This document shows positions 19,075-28,937 of a stretch of 64,000 nt of DNA, piece by piece (position 1 is the first letter of the stretch; the number at the start of each line of letters is the position of its first letter). The stretch is from positions 16,267 through 80,266 of IMG/VR virus record IMGVR_UViG_3300031920_000341, one strand, 5' to 3'. Both the position numbers and the translations under genes were made by a program. Under the pieces are notes generated by a model, which saw only the letters and a program-made list of their open reading frames with translations, was not told where the DNA came from and ran no database searches. The stretch is from a virus (Duplodnaviria; Heunggongvirae; Uroviricota; Caudoviricetes).

Positions 19075-19494
19075 TTATGTTAAAATATAATTTGGATCGG
19101 TTCCGTAATCAAAGAATTCAAAATCATTTTGATTAATTATTATGAATGAATATTCATAAGGATCACGTATTTCAACAATAACAAAGGATTTATCATTGTA
19201 TTTATATTTTGTTAAATATGTTGTTTGGTCTATACTACGTAATGTTACATCATCAACTTGCTCAGATTTAGCAAGGATATGCATTTTAAAAAATCCAAAG
19301 TCTTCTGAATCACCTGGTGTATTTACTGTAAATAATAAATTTTCTGGTTTTGCTTGTAATAAATCAGTAACCGCATTTACAAGTTTTTCTATACTACCAT
19401 GTTCTATAATATCAGGTATTGGAGAATCAGATTGAAAACTAATCCATTCGGTTTTATTTAATCGTTCATTTATGAAGTTATAAAATTCTTTCAT
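19075..19494 (-). CDS. Hypothetical protein with capsid-targeting-like leader
   Basis: Starts MKEFYNFINE (cf. T4 MKTYQEFIAE). Confidence 0.6.
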   Translation of the reverse strand: MKEFYNFINERLNKTEWISFQSDSPIPDIIEHGSIEKLVNAVTDLLQAKPENLLFTVNTPGDSEDFGFFKMHILAKSEQVDDVTLRSIDQTTYLTKYKYNDKSFVIVEIRDPYEYSFIIINQNDFEFFDYGTDPNYILT

Positions 19495-19495
19495 C

Positions 19496-19798
19496 TTACC
19501 ATGTATGTGATAACCACAATAAATAATTTTCTATCGATACTCCATGTGGAACATCATTTAACATTTCGTCAAAATCTGTTCCACTTAGATTAAAATCAAC
19601 ACCATCAGATCTCAGTATATAAATAGTTTTCTTTTCATCATCTATAATAACTTCCCCGCCTTTTAGTGCCGTATTATTAATATCATCAATTATATCACTA
19701 TCCAAATATTGCTTTTGTTGTTCCTGATTAGTAGGAAGCGGATCACCAACAATATTGACAGCCCAATCCTCAAAAAACTCTATTTGGAATGTTTTCAT
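19496..19798 (-). CDS. Hypothetical acidic protein
   Basis: Starts MKTFQIEFFEDW; coupled to neighbours. Confidence 0.6.
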   Translation of the reverse strand: MKTFQIEFFEDWAVNIVGDPLPTNQEQQKQYLDSDIIDDINNTALKGGEVIIDDEKKTIYILRSDGVDFNLSGTDFDEMLNDVPHGVSIENYLLWLSHTW

Positions 19799-20169
19799 TG
19801 CGCTTGTGGTAAATCATCATCATCCTCTTCTTGTGTCTGTATTACACCTGCATCGGGAATTTGAAATTCATCCTGTGTTTCGTCTTGTATATCACCAGGT
19901 AATTCCATTGGTAATTCATCTTGCACTTGAGTTTGAGTTTGAATTTTTGGTTCATTAGGATCAGAAATTGTACTTAATTCGCCTTTAAAATCAAGTATGA
20001 CTTCATTAAGTTTTTTAAGAGCTGCGTTTAATCCTGTAGATGCAACTGGTTTTTCACCAAGTAATTCTTGGAATTCTTTATATAAAGCTACAATGTCAGA
20101 ATATTTGTCTGTCATTATACTTATATTCTCATTTAACTTGAGATATTGTTTTAAATTAACGAATGCCAT
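19795..20169 (-). CDS. Hypothetical acidic protein with capsid-targeting-like leader
   Basis: Starts MAFVNLKQYLKLNEN; acidic Q/D/E tail. Confidence 0.6.
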   Translation of the reverse strand: MAFVNLKQYLKLNENISIMTDKYSDIVALYKEFQELLGEKPVASTGLNAALKKLNEVILDFKGELSTISDPNEPKIQTQTQVQDELPMELPGDIQDETQDEFQIPDAGVIQTQEEDDDDLPQAQ

Positions 20170-20218
20170 GTTATTAAGGTATTTTTAATTATATATTTGT
20201 TATTATAACACGTGTTTC

Positions 20219-21058
20219 TTATTTGCCGCGTAATGATTCTAGTTTAGACATTTCAGATGGAAATATTATTCTTTTTCCCGGTTCATATTGACAAGCATGT
20301 TCAATATCACGAATTCCTTTTACTAATTTGAATAATCCAGAAGGTTCAACCGATGATTTCTGGTCAGAACCCCATAAATCGCGATTTAGAGTCACGTGGC
20401 GCTCTATCCACGTTACGCCCATAGAAACAGTAGCAAATGTGGTTGCAAGCCCATATTCGTGCCCAGAATAGCCCACTTCTGTTCCATATGTATCTTGTAG
20501 ATGTTTTATGTATAGTAAATTAAGTTCTTCAACTGGTGAAGGATAAGTTGAACATGTATGCATTATTACATCAGGATTAGCATGACATACCGCTTCTACT
20601 ATTTGATCTTCTGTACTCATACCTGTTGACATAATAAGTATATCTGAATTTTCACGTGCATATTTAGCAAGATCCTCATTAACTAAATGTGCTGAAGGTA
20701 TTTTTAATATTAAAGGTGTAGATTCTTTTTTATATTGTTGTAAAAAATCAACTGAATCTTTATCCCAAACCGAAGCGAACCATTTAATTCCTGCACGTAA
20801 ACAAAATTCATCTATTTGATCATATTCGGCTTTATTGAATTCAACTTTATATTTATATTCCATATAGGTCATTTCTCCCCATGGTGTTTGTTTAATCTTA
20901 TTACGTTGTTCAATAGGTACACATAATTCAGGAGTACGTTTTTGAAATTTAACATAATCGCAACCAGCAGCAGCAGCAATTTCAATTAATTGTTTGGCTA
21001 TTCTTAAATCACCATTTGCATTAATACCAATCTCGGCAATAATATTGACTTTTTCCAT
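20219..21058 (-). CDS. neuB: Nonulosonic acid (N-acetylneuraminate-type) synthase, short form without SAF domain
   Basis: IIAEIGINANGD, VKFQKR, LKIPS, STGMST, HTCSTYP, GYSGHE, IERHVTL, GSDQKSSVEP. Confidence 0.95.
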   Translation of the reverse strand: MEKVNIIAEIGINANGDLRIAKQLIEIAAAAGCDYVKFQKRTPELCVPIEQRNKIKQTPWGEMTYMEYKYKVEFNKAEYDQIDEFCLRAGIKWFASVWDKDSVDFLQQYKKESTPLILKIPSAHLVNEDLAKYARENSDILIMSTGMSTEDQIVEAVCHANPDVIMHTCSTYPSPVEELNLLYIKHLQDTYGTEVGYSGHEYGLATTFATVSMGVTWIERHVTLNRDLWGSDQKSSVEPSGLFKLVKGIRDIEHACQYEPGKRIIFPSEMSKLESLRGK

Positions 21059-21075
21059 TAATATGGTTTTTTTAA

Positions 21076-21102
21076 ATTATACAATTAAAAACATTTAAGT
21101 TT
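21076..21102 (-). promoter_or_regulatory. Putative promoter AAACT-N16-TATAAT upstream of neuB
   Basis: Exact motif and spacing. Confidence 0.6.
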
Positions 21103-21410
21103 TATCTTATGAACTCACCTTTTATTGTAAATGATTTCCATTCTATACTTTCATTATTCTGTAGTATTTTTTTTATTTTAAATAATTTACTACTTAATCG
21201 TATATTTGAGTTTACTCGTATAAATGGACCGCCTGTGAATTCTATGGATTTAATACTGTTTCCAGCACTATTTCCAAATCCAAGTGTTGTTGCATAAATA
21301 TCTTTTGCTTTTATTGTTATGGTTTCTTCGTTAATTACATTAACATATCGTTCATCGGCATATTTTGAATAAATAACATGCTTTGAACTATGATTAGTTC
21401 TTTGTGACAT
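21102..21410 (-). CDS. Hypothetical protein
   Basis: 102-aa ORF with ATG start, co-oriented with neighbours. Confidence 0.6.
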   Translation of the reverse strand: MSQRTNHSSKHVIYSKYADERYVNVINEETITIKAKDIYATTLGFGNSAGNSIKSIEFTGGPFIRVNSNIRLSSKLFKIKKILQNNESIEWKSFTIKGEFIR

Positions 21411-21436
21411 ACAAATATTTTGTAAGTTTTTAATAT

Positions 21437-21466
21437 GAAAAGAGGACCAGTCTGGCTGGTCCTCTT
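21437..21466 (-). terminator. Intrinsic terminator
   Basis: AAGAGGACCAG-ccaga-CTGGTCCTCTT then TT, directly after the methyltransferase stop. Confidence 0.8.
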
Positions 21467-21472
21467 GGTAAG

Positions 21473-22390
21473 TTAAATTATTTCTGCTTTGGTTGCTGGA
21501 CGGTATCCTTTCTTTTCAGCAGATTCTTGTGTTATCTTTGTTACTCTTTTACCTGTATAATACCAATACAGTTTTTTGCCTGTTCTAGTTTCACCTGCTT
21601 CATGCATTTCTTCAATTGCTTCTTTATCTTCGCTTACATGTTTTGGAATATCTTCATCAATAGGTTCTATTATATCTAAATGTATAGGTTCATCTGGAAA
21701 ATCAATAATAGGTTCTATAATATCTAAATGTATAGGTTCTATTAAATCAGGATGCTCAATATATTCTGGTTTAATTTTAAATATAGCATATATTATACCT
21801 ACGGTATCACTAGCCCATTTTAATTTATATTTAGTTAATAAACTAAGAATATAATCCATATTTAATAAATTAGCTTTAATTATGTTTTCTTGAGTTATAT
21901 TATCCAATGTATAGTTTGAATCTATGTTAAATGTAACTGGGCCTGATCTATAATTCAAAACAATTTCTTTTGCATTAGAATCATTAAGTTTTGTTAAAAA
22001 CTCATCAGCAATTATTTTATGTGGTAAGTGATGAATAACATTAAAACATGTTATTACATCAGGTGGAGTAATAAATAGATTATCAATATACCCATCACCA
22101 AGATTTAATTCATATTCAAATTCTGTATTGTCTAATACATCTTTAGTTAGCTCTAATGCTTTTTTAACTATATCACTACCTATATATTTTTCAATCTGGT
22201 ATTTATTTAAATATAACATTTCAGGTAACCATCCGCCACCGCATCCTATATCAGTTATTACTTTATTTGTTAAATCAATCTGACTTAACCAACCATTTTC
22301 CCAATTTTTAATTGTTGGGGTTTTGTGTTTATTTGTTGCATGTAATAACCAAGCATGTGTGTTATTCCAAAATTTTTCAATATTAATCAT
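21473..22390 (-). CDS. Class I SAM-dependent methyltransferase with repetitive C-terminal tail
   Basis: ITDIGCGGG, YIGSDI, DVITCFNVIHHL; IEPIHLDI-type repeats. Confidence 0.85.
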   Translation of the reverse strand: MINIEKFWNNTHAWLLHATNKHKTPTIKNWENGWLSQIDLTNKVITDIGCGGGWLPEMLYLNKYQIEKYIGSDIVKKALELTKDVLDNTEFEYELNLGDGYIDNLFITPPDVITCFNVIHHLPHKIIADEFLTKLNDSNAKEIVLNYRSGPVTFNIDSNYTLDNITQENIIKANLLNMDYILSLLTKYKLKWASDTVGIIYAIFKIKPEYIEHPDLIEPIHLDIIEPIIDFPDEPIHLDIIEPIDEDIPKHVSEDKEAIEEMHEAGETRTGKKLYWYYTGKRVTKITQESAEKKGYRPATKAEII

Positions 22391-22457
22391 AACTATTGAT
22401 TTTTTTTATTATTTATATTAAAATCATTATTAATTTATTTCTAATAAACAATATACA

Positions 22458-23276
22458 CTAAAGTGTGAAGTTTTTTAGATCTTCAAGTTGTGTTTTTATA
22501 TCAGGAATATAATATAACATATTGTAGATAGAACATAAAGATTTGTCATGTGCTTCATTTGCATCAACTGGTTCTATTTTTATATTAAGATCATATACTT
22601 CATTAATAATTGAAACCAATTCATATTTAGTAACATGTTCAATAAATAAATGTCGAATACCTTCCCAATATTCACCATTGCTTATAATAGATCCTATTAT
22701 TTCAGCAAGTTTAAGGCAAGTTATACCACTCCAAATATGGTTTTTATATCCTGATACTGTTTTATTTTTATTCGATTTAACCCATTCTAATAGAGATACT
22801 TTATTATGTAATTCTTCTCCAACAATAGATGTTCTTATTACTGTACAGTCTTTTGGTTCACCTAATGCTTTTGATTTACCATAAATATCAGTTGCATCTG
22901 GAGTATGTATTTCAGAATAATTACCTTCTTTGCCACTAAAAACACAATCAGTTGATATGTGAATTAACTCATAATTATAGTTTTTAGTAAATGTATTTAA
23001 GTTATGTGGCAATAGTGAATTAAGCGTAATAAAATCACCATCTGTATATTCTCTAGTAGATAGTCGTTGTGGTATTAATCCAACACAATTTATTATTACA
23101 TCACCTTCATTTAAATTATATGGTAAAAATACTGCTGCTAGTTTGGGTATGGTATTTAAGTGTAAGAAATCCATTTCATTACTTGTTATTGGAATTACTT
23201 CAGTAAATATTGAACTAAGATATTTAAACACATATCTACCTAACATTCCATTAGCACCTAATACTATTATTTTCAT
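22458..23276 (-). CDS. RmlD-like NDP-4-keto-6-deoxyhexose reductase (SDR)
   Basis: VLGANGMLG, HISTDCVFSG, YGKSKALGE, RTSIVG. Confidence 0.9.
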   Translation of the reverse strand: MKIIVLGANGMLGRYVFKYLSSIFTEVIPITSNEMDFLHLNTIPKLAAVFLPYNLNEGDVIINCVGLIPQRLSTREYTDGDFITLNSLLPHNLNTFTKNYNYELIHISTDCVFSGKEGNYSEIHTPDATDIYGKSKALGEPKDCTVIRTSIVGEELHNKVSLLEWVKSNKNKTVSGYKNHIWSGITCLKLAEIIGSIISNGEYWEGIRHLFIEHVTKYELVSIINEVYDLNIKIEPVDANEAHDKSLCSIYNMLYYIPDIKTQLEDLKNFTL

Positions 23277-23282
23277 AGTTTT

Positions 23283-24275
23283 TTATTTTTTTAAAAAATC
23301 ACAATCAGATAACAATTGAAATAAAAATTTATCTGGTTGTATATTATCTTCAGAAGAAAATTCTTCAAAGTCAACCATCTTCGCTTTATCATAAAAATAT
23401 GTGCGATTTATATTCAATTGTGGTAATATTACATAATAATTCTGATTGAATTTATATGTGCTTTGTGATTCATGTTTAGAAATCAAAAGTTCATGTAATT
23501 TCTCACTTTCACGCATTCCAATTTCTTTTATTGTTGTTTCTTCATTACCATATGATTTAATCAAGATATTTGCTAAATCACTTATAAAAAATGATGGCAT
23601 ATTCATAACAAAGATTTCACCACCTACGCTATTTTCAACAGCTTCAAATAGTAAACCAATTGCTTGAGGTAATGTTAAAAAATATCTGGTCATTCTAGTA
23701 TCTGTTATTGTTATTTCATTTTCATTCCTTATTTGATCAATAAAGAATGGTAAAACACTACCATTTGAACCTAATACATTACCACCACGAATACATATAA
23801 AATCTGTATCAGTTGTTAAACTATTTGCTTGAATTGTGATTTTCTCGCCTATTGCTTTAGTCATTCCATATAAATTAGATGGCGATACTGCTTTATCTGT
23901 TGATACATCAATAAATTTAGTTACTTTATATTTAATTGCAATATTAATTAAATTTGTAGTTCCTACTATATTTGTTTTTATTGCTTCTTGTGGTTGATTT
24001 TCACATATGGGTACATGTTTTAATGCAGCTAAATGAAATACATAATCAATATCATTTATACTAAACATTTGATCTAATACATTTAAATCACGTATATCAC
24101 CGATTACAAATTTAATTTTTTCATCATTAAATTTACGTTGCATATTAACTTGTGCAAATTCACCTCGTGAAAATATAATAATCTTTTTTGGTTTTTTATC
24201 TAATAATTGTTTAGTTAATTCATTTCCCCATGAACCAGAACCACCTGTTATTAAAATAGTTTTATCATTAAACAT
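23283..24275 (-). CDS. UDP-GlcNAc 4,6-dehydratase (FnlA/PseB/CapD family)
   Basis: ITGGSGSWG, FHLAALKHVP, STDKAV, YGMTK, GNVLGSNGSV, MTRYF. Confidence 0.92.
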   Translation of the reverse strand: MFNDKTILITGGSGSWGNELTKQLLDKKPKKIIIFSRGEFAQVNMQRKFNDEKIKFVIGDIRDLNVLDQMFSINDIDYVFHLAALKHVPICENQPQEAIKTNIVGTTNLINIAIKYKVTKFIDVSTDKAVSPSNLYGMTKAIGEKITIQANSLTTDTDFICIRGGNVLGSNGSVLPFFIDQIRNENEITITDTRMTRYFLTLPQAIGLLFEAVENSVGGEIFVMNMPSFFISDLANILIKSYGNEETTIKEIGMRESEKLHELLISKHESQSTYKFNQNYYVILPQLNINRTYFYDKAKMVDFEEFSSEDNIQPDKFLFQLLSDCDFLKK

Positions 24276-24284
24276 TGTTTATTA

Positions 24285-25346
24285 TTATTTTCCTAATAGA
24301 ATTTTTATTACTTTATCTGAAACATTAATACAAGAATAATCTTCCATTAAATTCCATGATATTTCTAAATTCGTTATATTATTATAAGAATTAATCATAG
24401 TATCATAATCTATTCCAGTAAGTATAGTTGAACCATTTTCGATTAATTCTTGTCGTTCAGTAGATTCTCGTATTATTAAAGAAGGAATATTAAATATTGT
24501 GGTTTCTTCTGTTACTGTACCCGAATCACTAATAACACAGAATGCATTCTTTTCTAATTTAACAAAATCAAAAAATCCAATAGGTTCAATTAAAATAAGA
24601 TTTTCATTTATTTTAATTTCACTTTTAATTTTAGATTTTGTTCTTGGATGGATTGGAAATATTACTGTTTTATCTAATGATATTGTATTTAAAAATTTAA
24701 ATATTTCTAATAAATTTTTATTATTATCAACATTTTCTGATCTATGGATAGTTGTTAATATATATTCTTTTTGTATATTTAATTTATTTAAAATATTGCT
24801 ATTATCAATTTCCTTTTGATAATAATGTAATACTTCATAAATAGGATTACCTATTTTATAAACAAAATTTTTATGAAACCCTTCATTTAATAGATTATAT
24901 TTACTATTTTCAGTATATGGTAAATTATATGTTGATGTTAAATCAATTATTTTTCTATTGATTTCTTCTGGAACTCTATCATCATAACAACGATTACCAG
25001 CTTCCATATGATAAATTGGAATTTTATATTTTTCACATATAATAGAAAGTAATCCAGTGTTAGTATCACCCAAGATTAATATTTTATCTGGATTTTCTCT
25101 TTTTAATATCTTTTCAAATTCAATAATGGAATTTCCAAAAAATTCACCAAATGAATTGAATAAAAAATCAAAATAATAATTTGGATTTCTTATATTTAAA
25201 TCTTCAAAAAATATAGTACTTAAATTCTTATCATAATTTTGATTTGTGTATACCAATACATGTTCAACTAAGTTATCTAATTTTTTAATTATCAAACTGA
25301 GTCTAATTAATTCTGGTCGCGTTCCTGCTATTGTTAGTACTTTCAT
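24285..25346 (-). CDS. Non-hydrolysing UDP-HexNAc 2-epimerase (FnlC/WbjD-like)
   Basis: GTRPELIRLS, LGDTN, HMEAGNRCYDDRVPEEINR, HRSEN, SDSGTVTEE, RESTERQE. Confidence 0.9.
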   Translation of the reverse strand: MKVLTIAGTRPELIRLSLIIKKLDNLVEHVLVYTNQNYDKNLSTIFFEDLNIRNPNYYFDFLFNSFGEFFGNSIIEFEKILKRENPDKILILGDTNTGLLSIICEKYKIPIYHMEAGNRCYDDRVPEEINRKIIDLTSTYNLPYTENSKYNLLNEGFHKNFVYKIGNPIYEVLHYYQKEIDNSNILNKLNIQKEYILTTIHRSENVDNNKNLLEIFKFLNTISLDKTVIFPIHPRTKSKIKSEIKINENLILIEPIGFFDFVKLEKNAFCVISDSGTVTEETTIFNIPSLIIRESTERQELIENGSTILTGIDYDTMINSYNNITNLEISWNLMEDYSCINVSDKVIKILLGK

Positions 25347-25894
25347 TAAAATTTATATGTTCTACTTTCTACATTAAGTTCATAAAATCCCTTTTTAGCA
25401 ATTTCATCTAATTTCTTAGTTAAATAATTTTTAACTCTGTCTTGCCAAATTTTAGAATTTATTGTTTTTACTTCACCATCATGAATAGTAGAATAATGAT
25501 TTTGTTTAATATATTCAATTGATATTCGATCTAACATCTCACCAATACTATATACAATATCATCACTCATCCAAGTTTCAGTTTCATATTCTTTAACTTT
25601 ACTAAACATTTTATGAATAATCTTATTGATATTTAATTTACTATTAACTCTCATTTCCCCAACAGTTCTGGCCATATTTTCAAAATATGCTATCTTTTTA
25701 TAATCAATATCAACCTCTTTTCTACATGCTATAATTTCCATATTTGCTTTATAACAAGTAAAATTACTATCACATAATATTATTAGATCATTTTGTATAT
25801 TTTCATAAATATCTGAACTATTGATAAATACAATATTTCTTAATTCATCAATTAGATTACGAAAATTTATATTCATTAATATTGCTTCTTTCAT
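25346..25894 (-). CDS. DUF4254-like helical protein
   Basis: SIGEMLDRISIEYIKQNH resembles the DUF4254 motif found in glycan loci. Confidence 0.5.
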   Translation of the reverse strand: MKEAILMNINFRNLIDELRNIVFINSSDIYENIQNDLIILCDSNFTCYKANMEIIACRKEVDIDYKKIAYFENMARTVGEMRVNSKLNINKIIHKMFSKVKEYETETWMSDDIVYSIGEMLDRISIEYIKQNHYSTIHDGEVKTINSKIWQDRVKNYLTKKLDEIAKKGFYELNVESRTYKF

Positions 25895-25925
25895 ATTACT
25901 AATCTTATTTTTATATTATATTAAA

Positions 25926-26483
25926 TTAAATTGATTTGTTTCGATGTAATTTCATTTTATTAATTACAGGAATTTCTAAAAAATCACATATTTTTATTAC
26001 TGAATCATCATCTTGTGTAATATCTATTGTTAATAAATCATGTAATCTATCTTTAAAATAATTCTCAACCATTAATTTATGTGAGTCATAAACAAAAGAA
26101 AACCTATCTTTATTAAAATAATAAGTACCAAATGTTATTAAATGGTGATGTATAGTTTCCTGTTTTGAATTAGGATTATTAATCATACGATCCCAATGCT
26201 TTTTAATTGATACTAACCAACTTGATTTTTTTCTGATTGTATAAATAAATTTACTATTGGGATAAGTTTTATCTACTTGAGGAAATATCATTTCAAATGC
26301 ATTAGTTATACCATGGTATCTGTTTAATGTATCAAATGTGTAAATTCCCTTATACATCTTATTTCTTATTTCTTCACATACTGGACTACCAAAATGTATA
26401 GTTTTTATATTATTGTTATTTAATATACCAGTTAAACTAGATGTAGCAGTTTTTGGTAATCCTATTCCAATTACTTTATTCAT
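25926..26483 (-). CDS. PAPS-dependent sulfotransferase family protein
   Basis: KVIGIGLPKTATSSL (5'-PSB loop), YPNSKFIYTIR...WLVS, ICDFL. Confidence 0.85.
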   Translation of the reverse strand: MNKVIGIGLPKTATSSLTGILNNNNIKTIHFGSPVCEEIRNKMYKGIYTFDTLNRYHGITNAFEMIFPQVDKTYPNSKFIYTIRKKSSWLVSIKKHWDRMINNPNSKQETIHHHLITFGTYYFNKDRFSFVYDSHKLMVENYFKDRLHDLLTIDITQDDDSVIKICDFLEIPVINKMKLHRNKSI

Positions 26484-27236
26484 TTATTCATTAGACATAT
26501 TTTCAGCACCCTTTGGTCTCTTACCTTTTCTTTCAACAGCTTCATAATGATAAACAATAGAATCCATGCTCATTGTAAATTTAGCACCAGCATCATGACA
26601 ACGTTGAAAAAAATTTCTATCTGGTGTACCATTCTTTAATGTTAATTCCCAAGGACCAGCTATTTCCCAAAATCTTTTTGGAATTAAATATGGCATAGTA
26701 TTAGTATTTTTCCAACCACCTCTTTGTTGTTCAGTTTCTAATTTATCAGATTGGTATAGTTTTTTATACAACTCATTAAAATCAGACATATTAAATTTTC
26801 CATATTCTGGAATTCCAAGATTAGCATGAACAACATGTTTACCAATATTTTTAGGATGAATATGTATTGAGTTAACAATATCATTTTCATTGGCATGTTT
26901 CATTAAATTAATTAACCAATCTTTACCAAAATACTGGTCAGTATTAACTAAACCACAATAATTATTTAATTCAAACCCATAATTAAACCCATCATTCATC
27001 ATTCCCCTTAAATTTGGAACATAACCAACATTATCAATAGTTTTATGCTCAATTATATGAATATTTCTATATTGTTTTAAATCTTCTAAATAATAAATAA
27101 CTTCTTGTGAAGGTAACCATGTTACTACAATATAATCAAAATTATCTGTACCTGCATTATTATAAATTGAATCAGTTGAAAATTTTAACATTTCTAATGC
27201 TGTTGAAACACAATTAAAAATTGATACTCTTTCCAT
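26484..27236 (-). CDS. GT-A fold (GT2-like) glycosyltransferase
   Basis: MMNDGF, LVNTDQYFGKDWLINL, FWEIAGPW, D..FFQR, VYHYE. Confidence 0.7.
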   Translation of the reverse strand: MERVSIFNCVSTALEMLKFSTDSIYNNAGTDNFDYIVVTWLPSQEVIYYLEDLKQYRNIHIIEHKTIDNVGYVPNLRGMMNDGFNYGFELNNYCGLVNTDQYFGKDWLINLMKHANENDIVNSIHIHPKNIGKHVVHANLGIPEYGKFNMSDFNELYKKLYQSDKLETEQQRGGWKNTNTMPYLIPKRFWEIAGPWELTLKNGTPDRNFFQRCHDAGAKFTMSMDSIVYHYEAVERKGKRPKGAENMSNE

Positions 27237-27811
27237 TACTTTAATTTTATTTTTTCTTTTATTGCTAAAAATGCATCATCGCAATTTAGTTCACTGAATA
27301 TATAAATATCATATCCATGTTTCTCATATAATGATGGATCTAAATTAATTAAATGTTTTTGATATTTATTATTTGTTTTTGTTATACATAAATCATTATT
27401 ACTTTTTCCAACTGGTCCACCTAAAATAGCATATTTATAATTCATATTTTCAATTCTATTAAATATGATATCGTGTTCTTCTTGTGTTATATGTTCTAAT
27501 GTATGATGACAAATAATTACATCAAAATCATCTTTAATATCATAATCTAATATATTCATACATATATAATCGCCAGGAGGACCATTTTTTCTTCTCCATA
27601 ATACATCAGCTTCAAAAATATCAATACCCTTTATATCTTTACTATTAAATACAGAATATAATAAATCATTTTCTGGAAAATGCATAGGATGTGAAACAAA
27701 TGAACCACATCCTAAATCTAAAACAGTTGTTATACTGTTTAAATCTAACTTTTCTTTAAGCATATTAATTATTGAGTGAATTCTTTTCATAATTTTTAAT
27801 TTATTTTCCAA
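27236..27811 (-). CDS. Class I SAM-dependent methyltransferase
   Basis: VLDLGCG, GIDIF, FDVIICHHTLEH. Confidence 0.85.
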   Translation of the reverse strand: MENKLKIMKRIHSIINMLKEKLDLNSITTVLDLGCGSFVSHPMHFPENDLLYSVFNSKDIKGIDIFEADVLWRRKNGPPGDYICMNILDYDIKDDFDVIICHHTLEHITQEEHDIIFNRIENMNYKYAILGGPVGKSNNDLCITKTNNKYQKHLINLDPSLYEKHGYDIYIFSELNCDDAFLAIKEKIKLK

Positions 27812-28419
27812 ATACTCATACTACGCTTCCATCTATCTTCATTATGAATTTCTAATGGTTCACCTAAATCAAAGGGTTCAATTTCTAAATTTATTGGTTT
27901 CCATCCACATTCCATTTTTAATTCCTTTGGAGTTAATTCATTGTTCTTTTTAACCCACCTTTGTTCAGTTGCTAATAAATATGTAGATTTACTATCCTTA
28001 AAATTTTTAAGTGTTCGTGATACAAAATCATTAGGTAAATGAAATAAACAATCTCTACAAATTATTAAATCGGTTTTAGGTAATATTTCTTCACACATAT
28101 CAAATTCAATAAATTTAACATTTGGATTTTCTTCTTTATTTCTTTGAATAATTAAATCATTAATATCATATCCTATATAATCAATATTTCTATTAGGTAA
28201 ATCTAACAAGTATATCCAATTTTGATATACGCCACTTGGACTATCACTAATAGATGTAATATTATATTTTTTTAATATATCATTTATAAAATCAATAGTT
28301 CCTTCCTCTTTGATATGTTTATCAACTGAACCCGGTCCATTTGGTGGTAATTTTTTCCCCACCTGTAAGTTATAATAATACTTTTGTGATTCTTTTAATT
28401 TCATAATTATTTCTCCCAA
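27796..28419 (-). CDS. SAM-dependent methyltransferase-like protein
   Basis: GPGS, SISDSPSG, YIGYDI, DLIICRDCLFHL, INLEIEPF. Confidence 0.8.
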   Translation of the reverse strand: MGEIIMKLKESQKYYYNLQVGKKLPPNGPGSVDKHIKEEGTIDFINDILKKYNITSISDSPSGVYQNWIYLLDLPNRNIDYIGYDINDLIIQRNKEENPNVKFIEFDMCEEILPKTDLIICRDCLFHLPNDFVSRTLKNFKDSKSTYLLATEQRWVKKNNELTPKELKMECGWKPINLEIEPFDLGEPLEIHNEDRWKRSMSIWKIN

Positions 28420-28934
28420 ATATATGTTCCAATTTTTACTAATCCATTTGGATTAAATCCTACATGAATTGATTTATAATTAAATAGACTTGTCAATTCT
28501 TCATCTTTCCATTGATATAAATGACTTTCATATGGATTTCCTATCTTATTACCATCTTGTTTACATAAAGAAATTGGTATTGATAAATATATTTTTTTAA
28601 TGTGCTTTATGGCCTCTTTCATAAATATAATAGCATTATCATAAGTTAAATGTTCTAATACATCACCTAATATCATTATATCATATTTCTTTTTTGTATA
28701 ATCAAAATTAAGCATATTAACATTAAATAAATTATCATAATGCTCATCTAATTTAAATTTTACTATATTAGGTTTCCATATTTCAACACCATCTATTGAT
28801 TTAACTTTACCTTTGAGTTTTTTACCCCATTTTCCTTCACCTGCTCCAATATCTAAAACATTAGTATCGGATGTTTTTAAAATTTCTTGGAATATTAATT
28901 CTATTCCACCATCGGGTTGTTGTGATTCTGGCAT
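28407..28934 (-). CDS. Class I SAM-dependent methyltransferase
   Basis: VLDIGAGEGKWG, DGVEIW, YDIMILGDVLEHL, NPYESH. Confidence 0.85.
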   Translation of the reverse strand: MPESQQPDGGIELIFQEILKTSDTNVLDIGAGEGKWGKKLKGKVKSIDGVEIWKPNIVKFKLDEHYDNLFNVNMLNFDYTKKKYDIMILGDVLEHLTYDNAIIFMKEAIKHIKKIYLSIPISLCKQDGNKIGNPYESHLYQWKDEELTSLFNYKSIHVGFNPNGLVKIGTYIWEK

Positions 28935-28937
28935 AAC

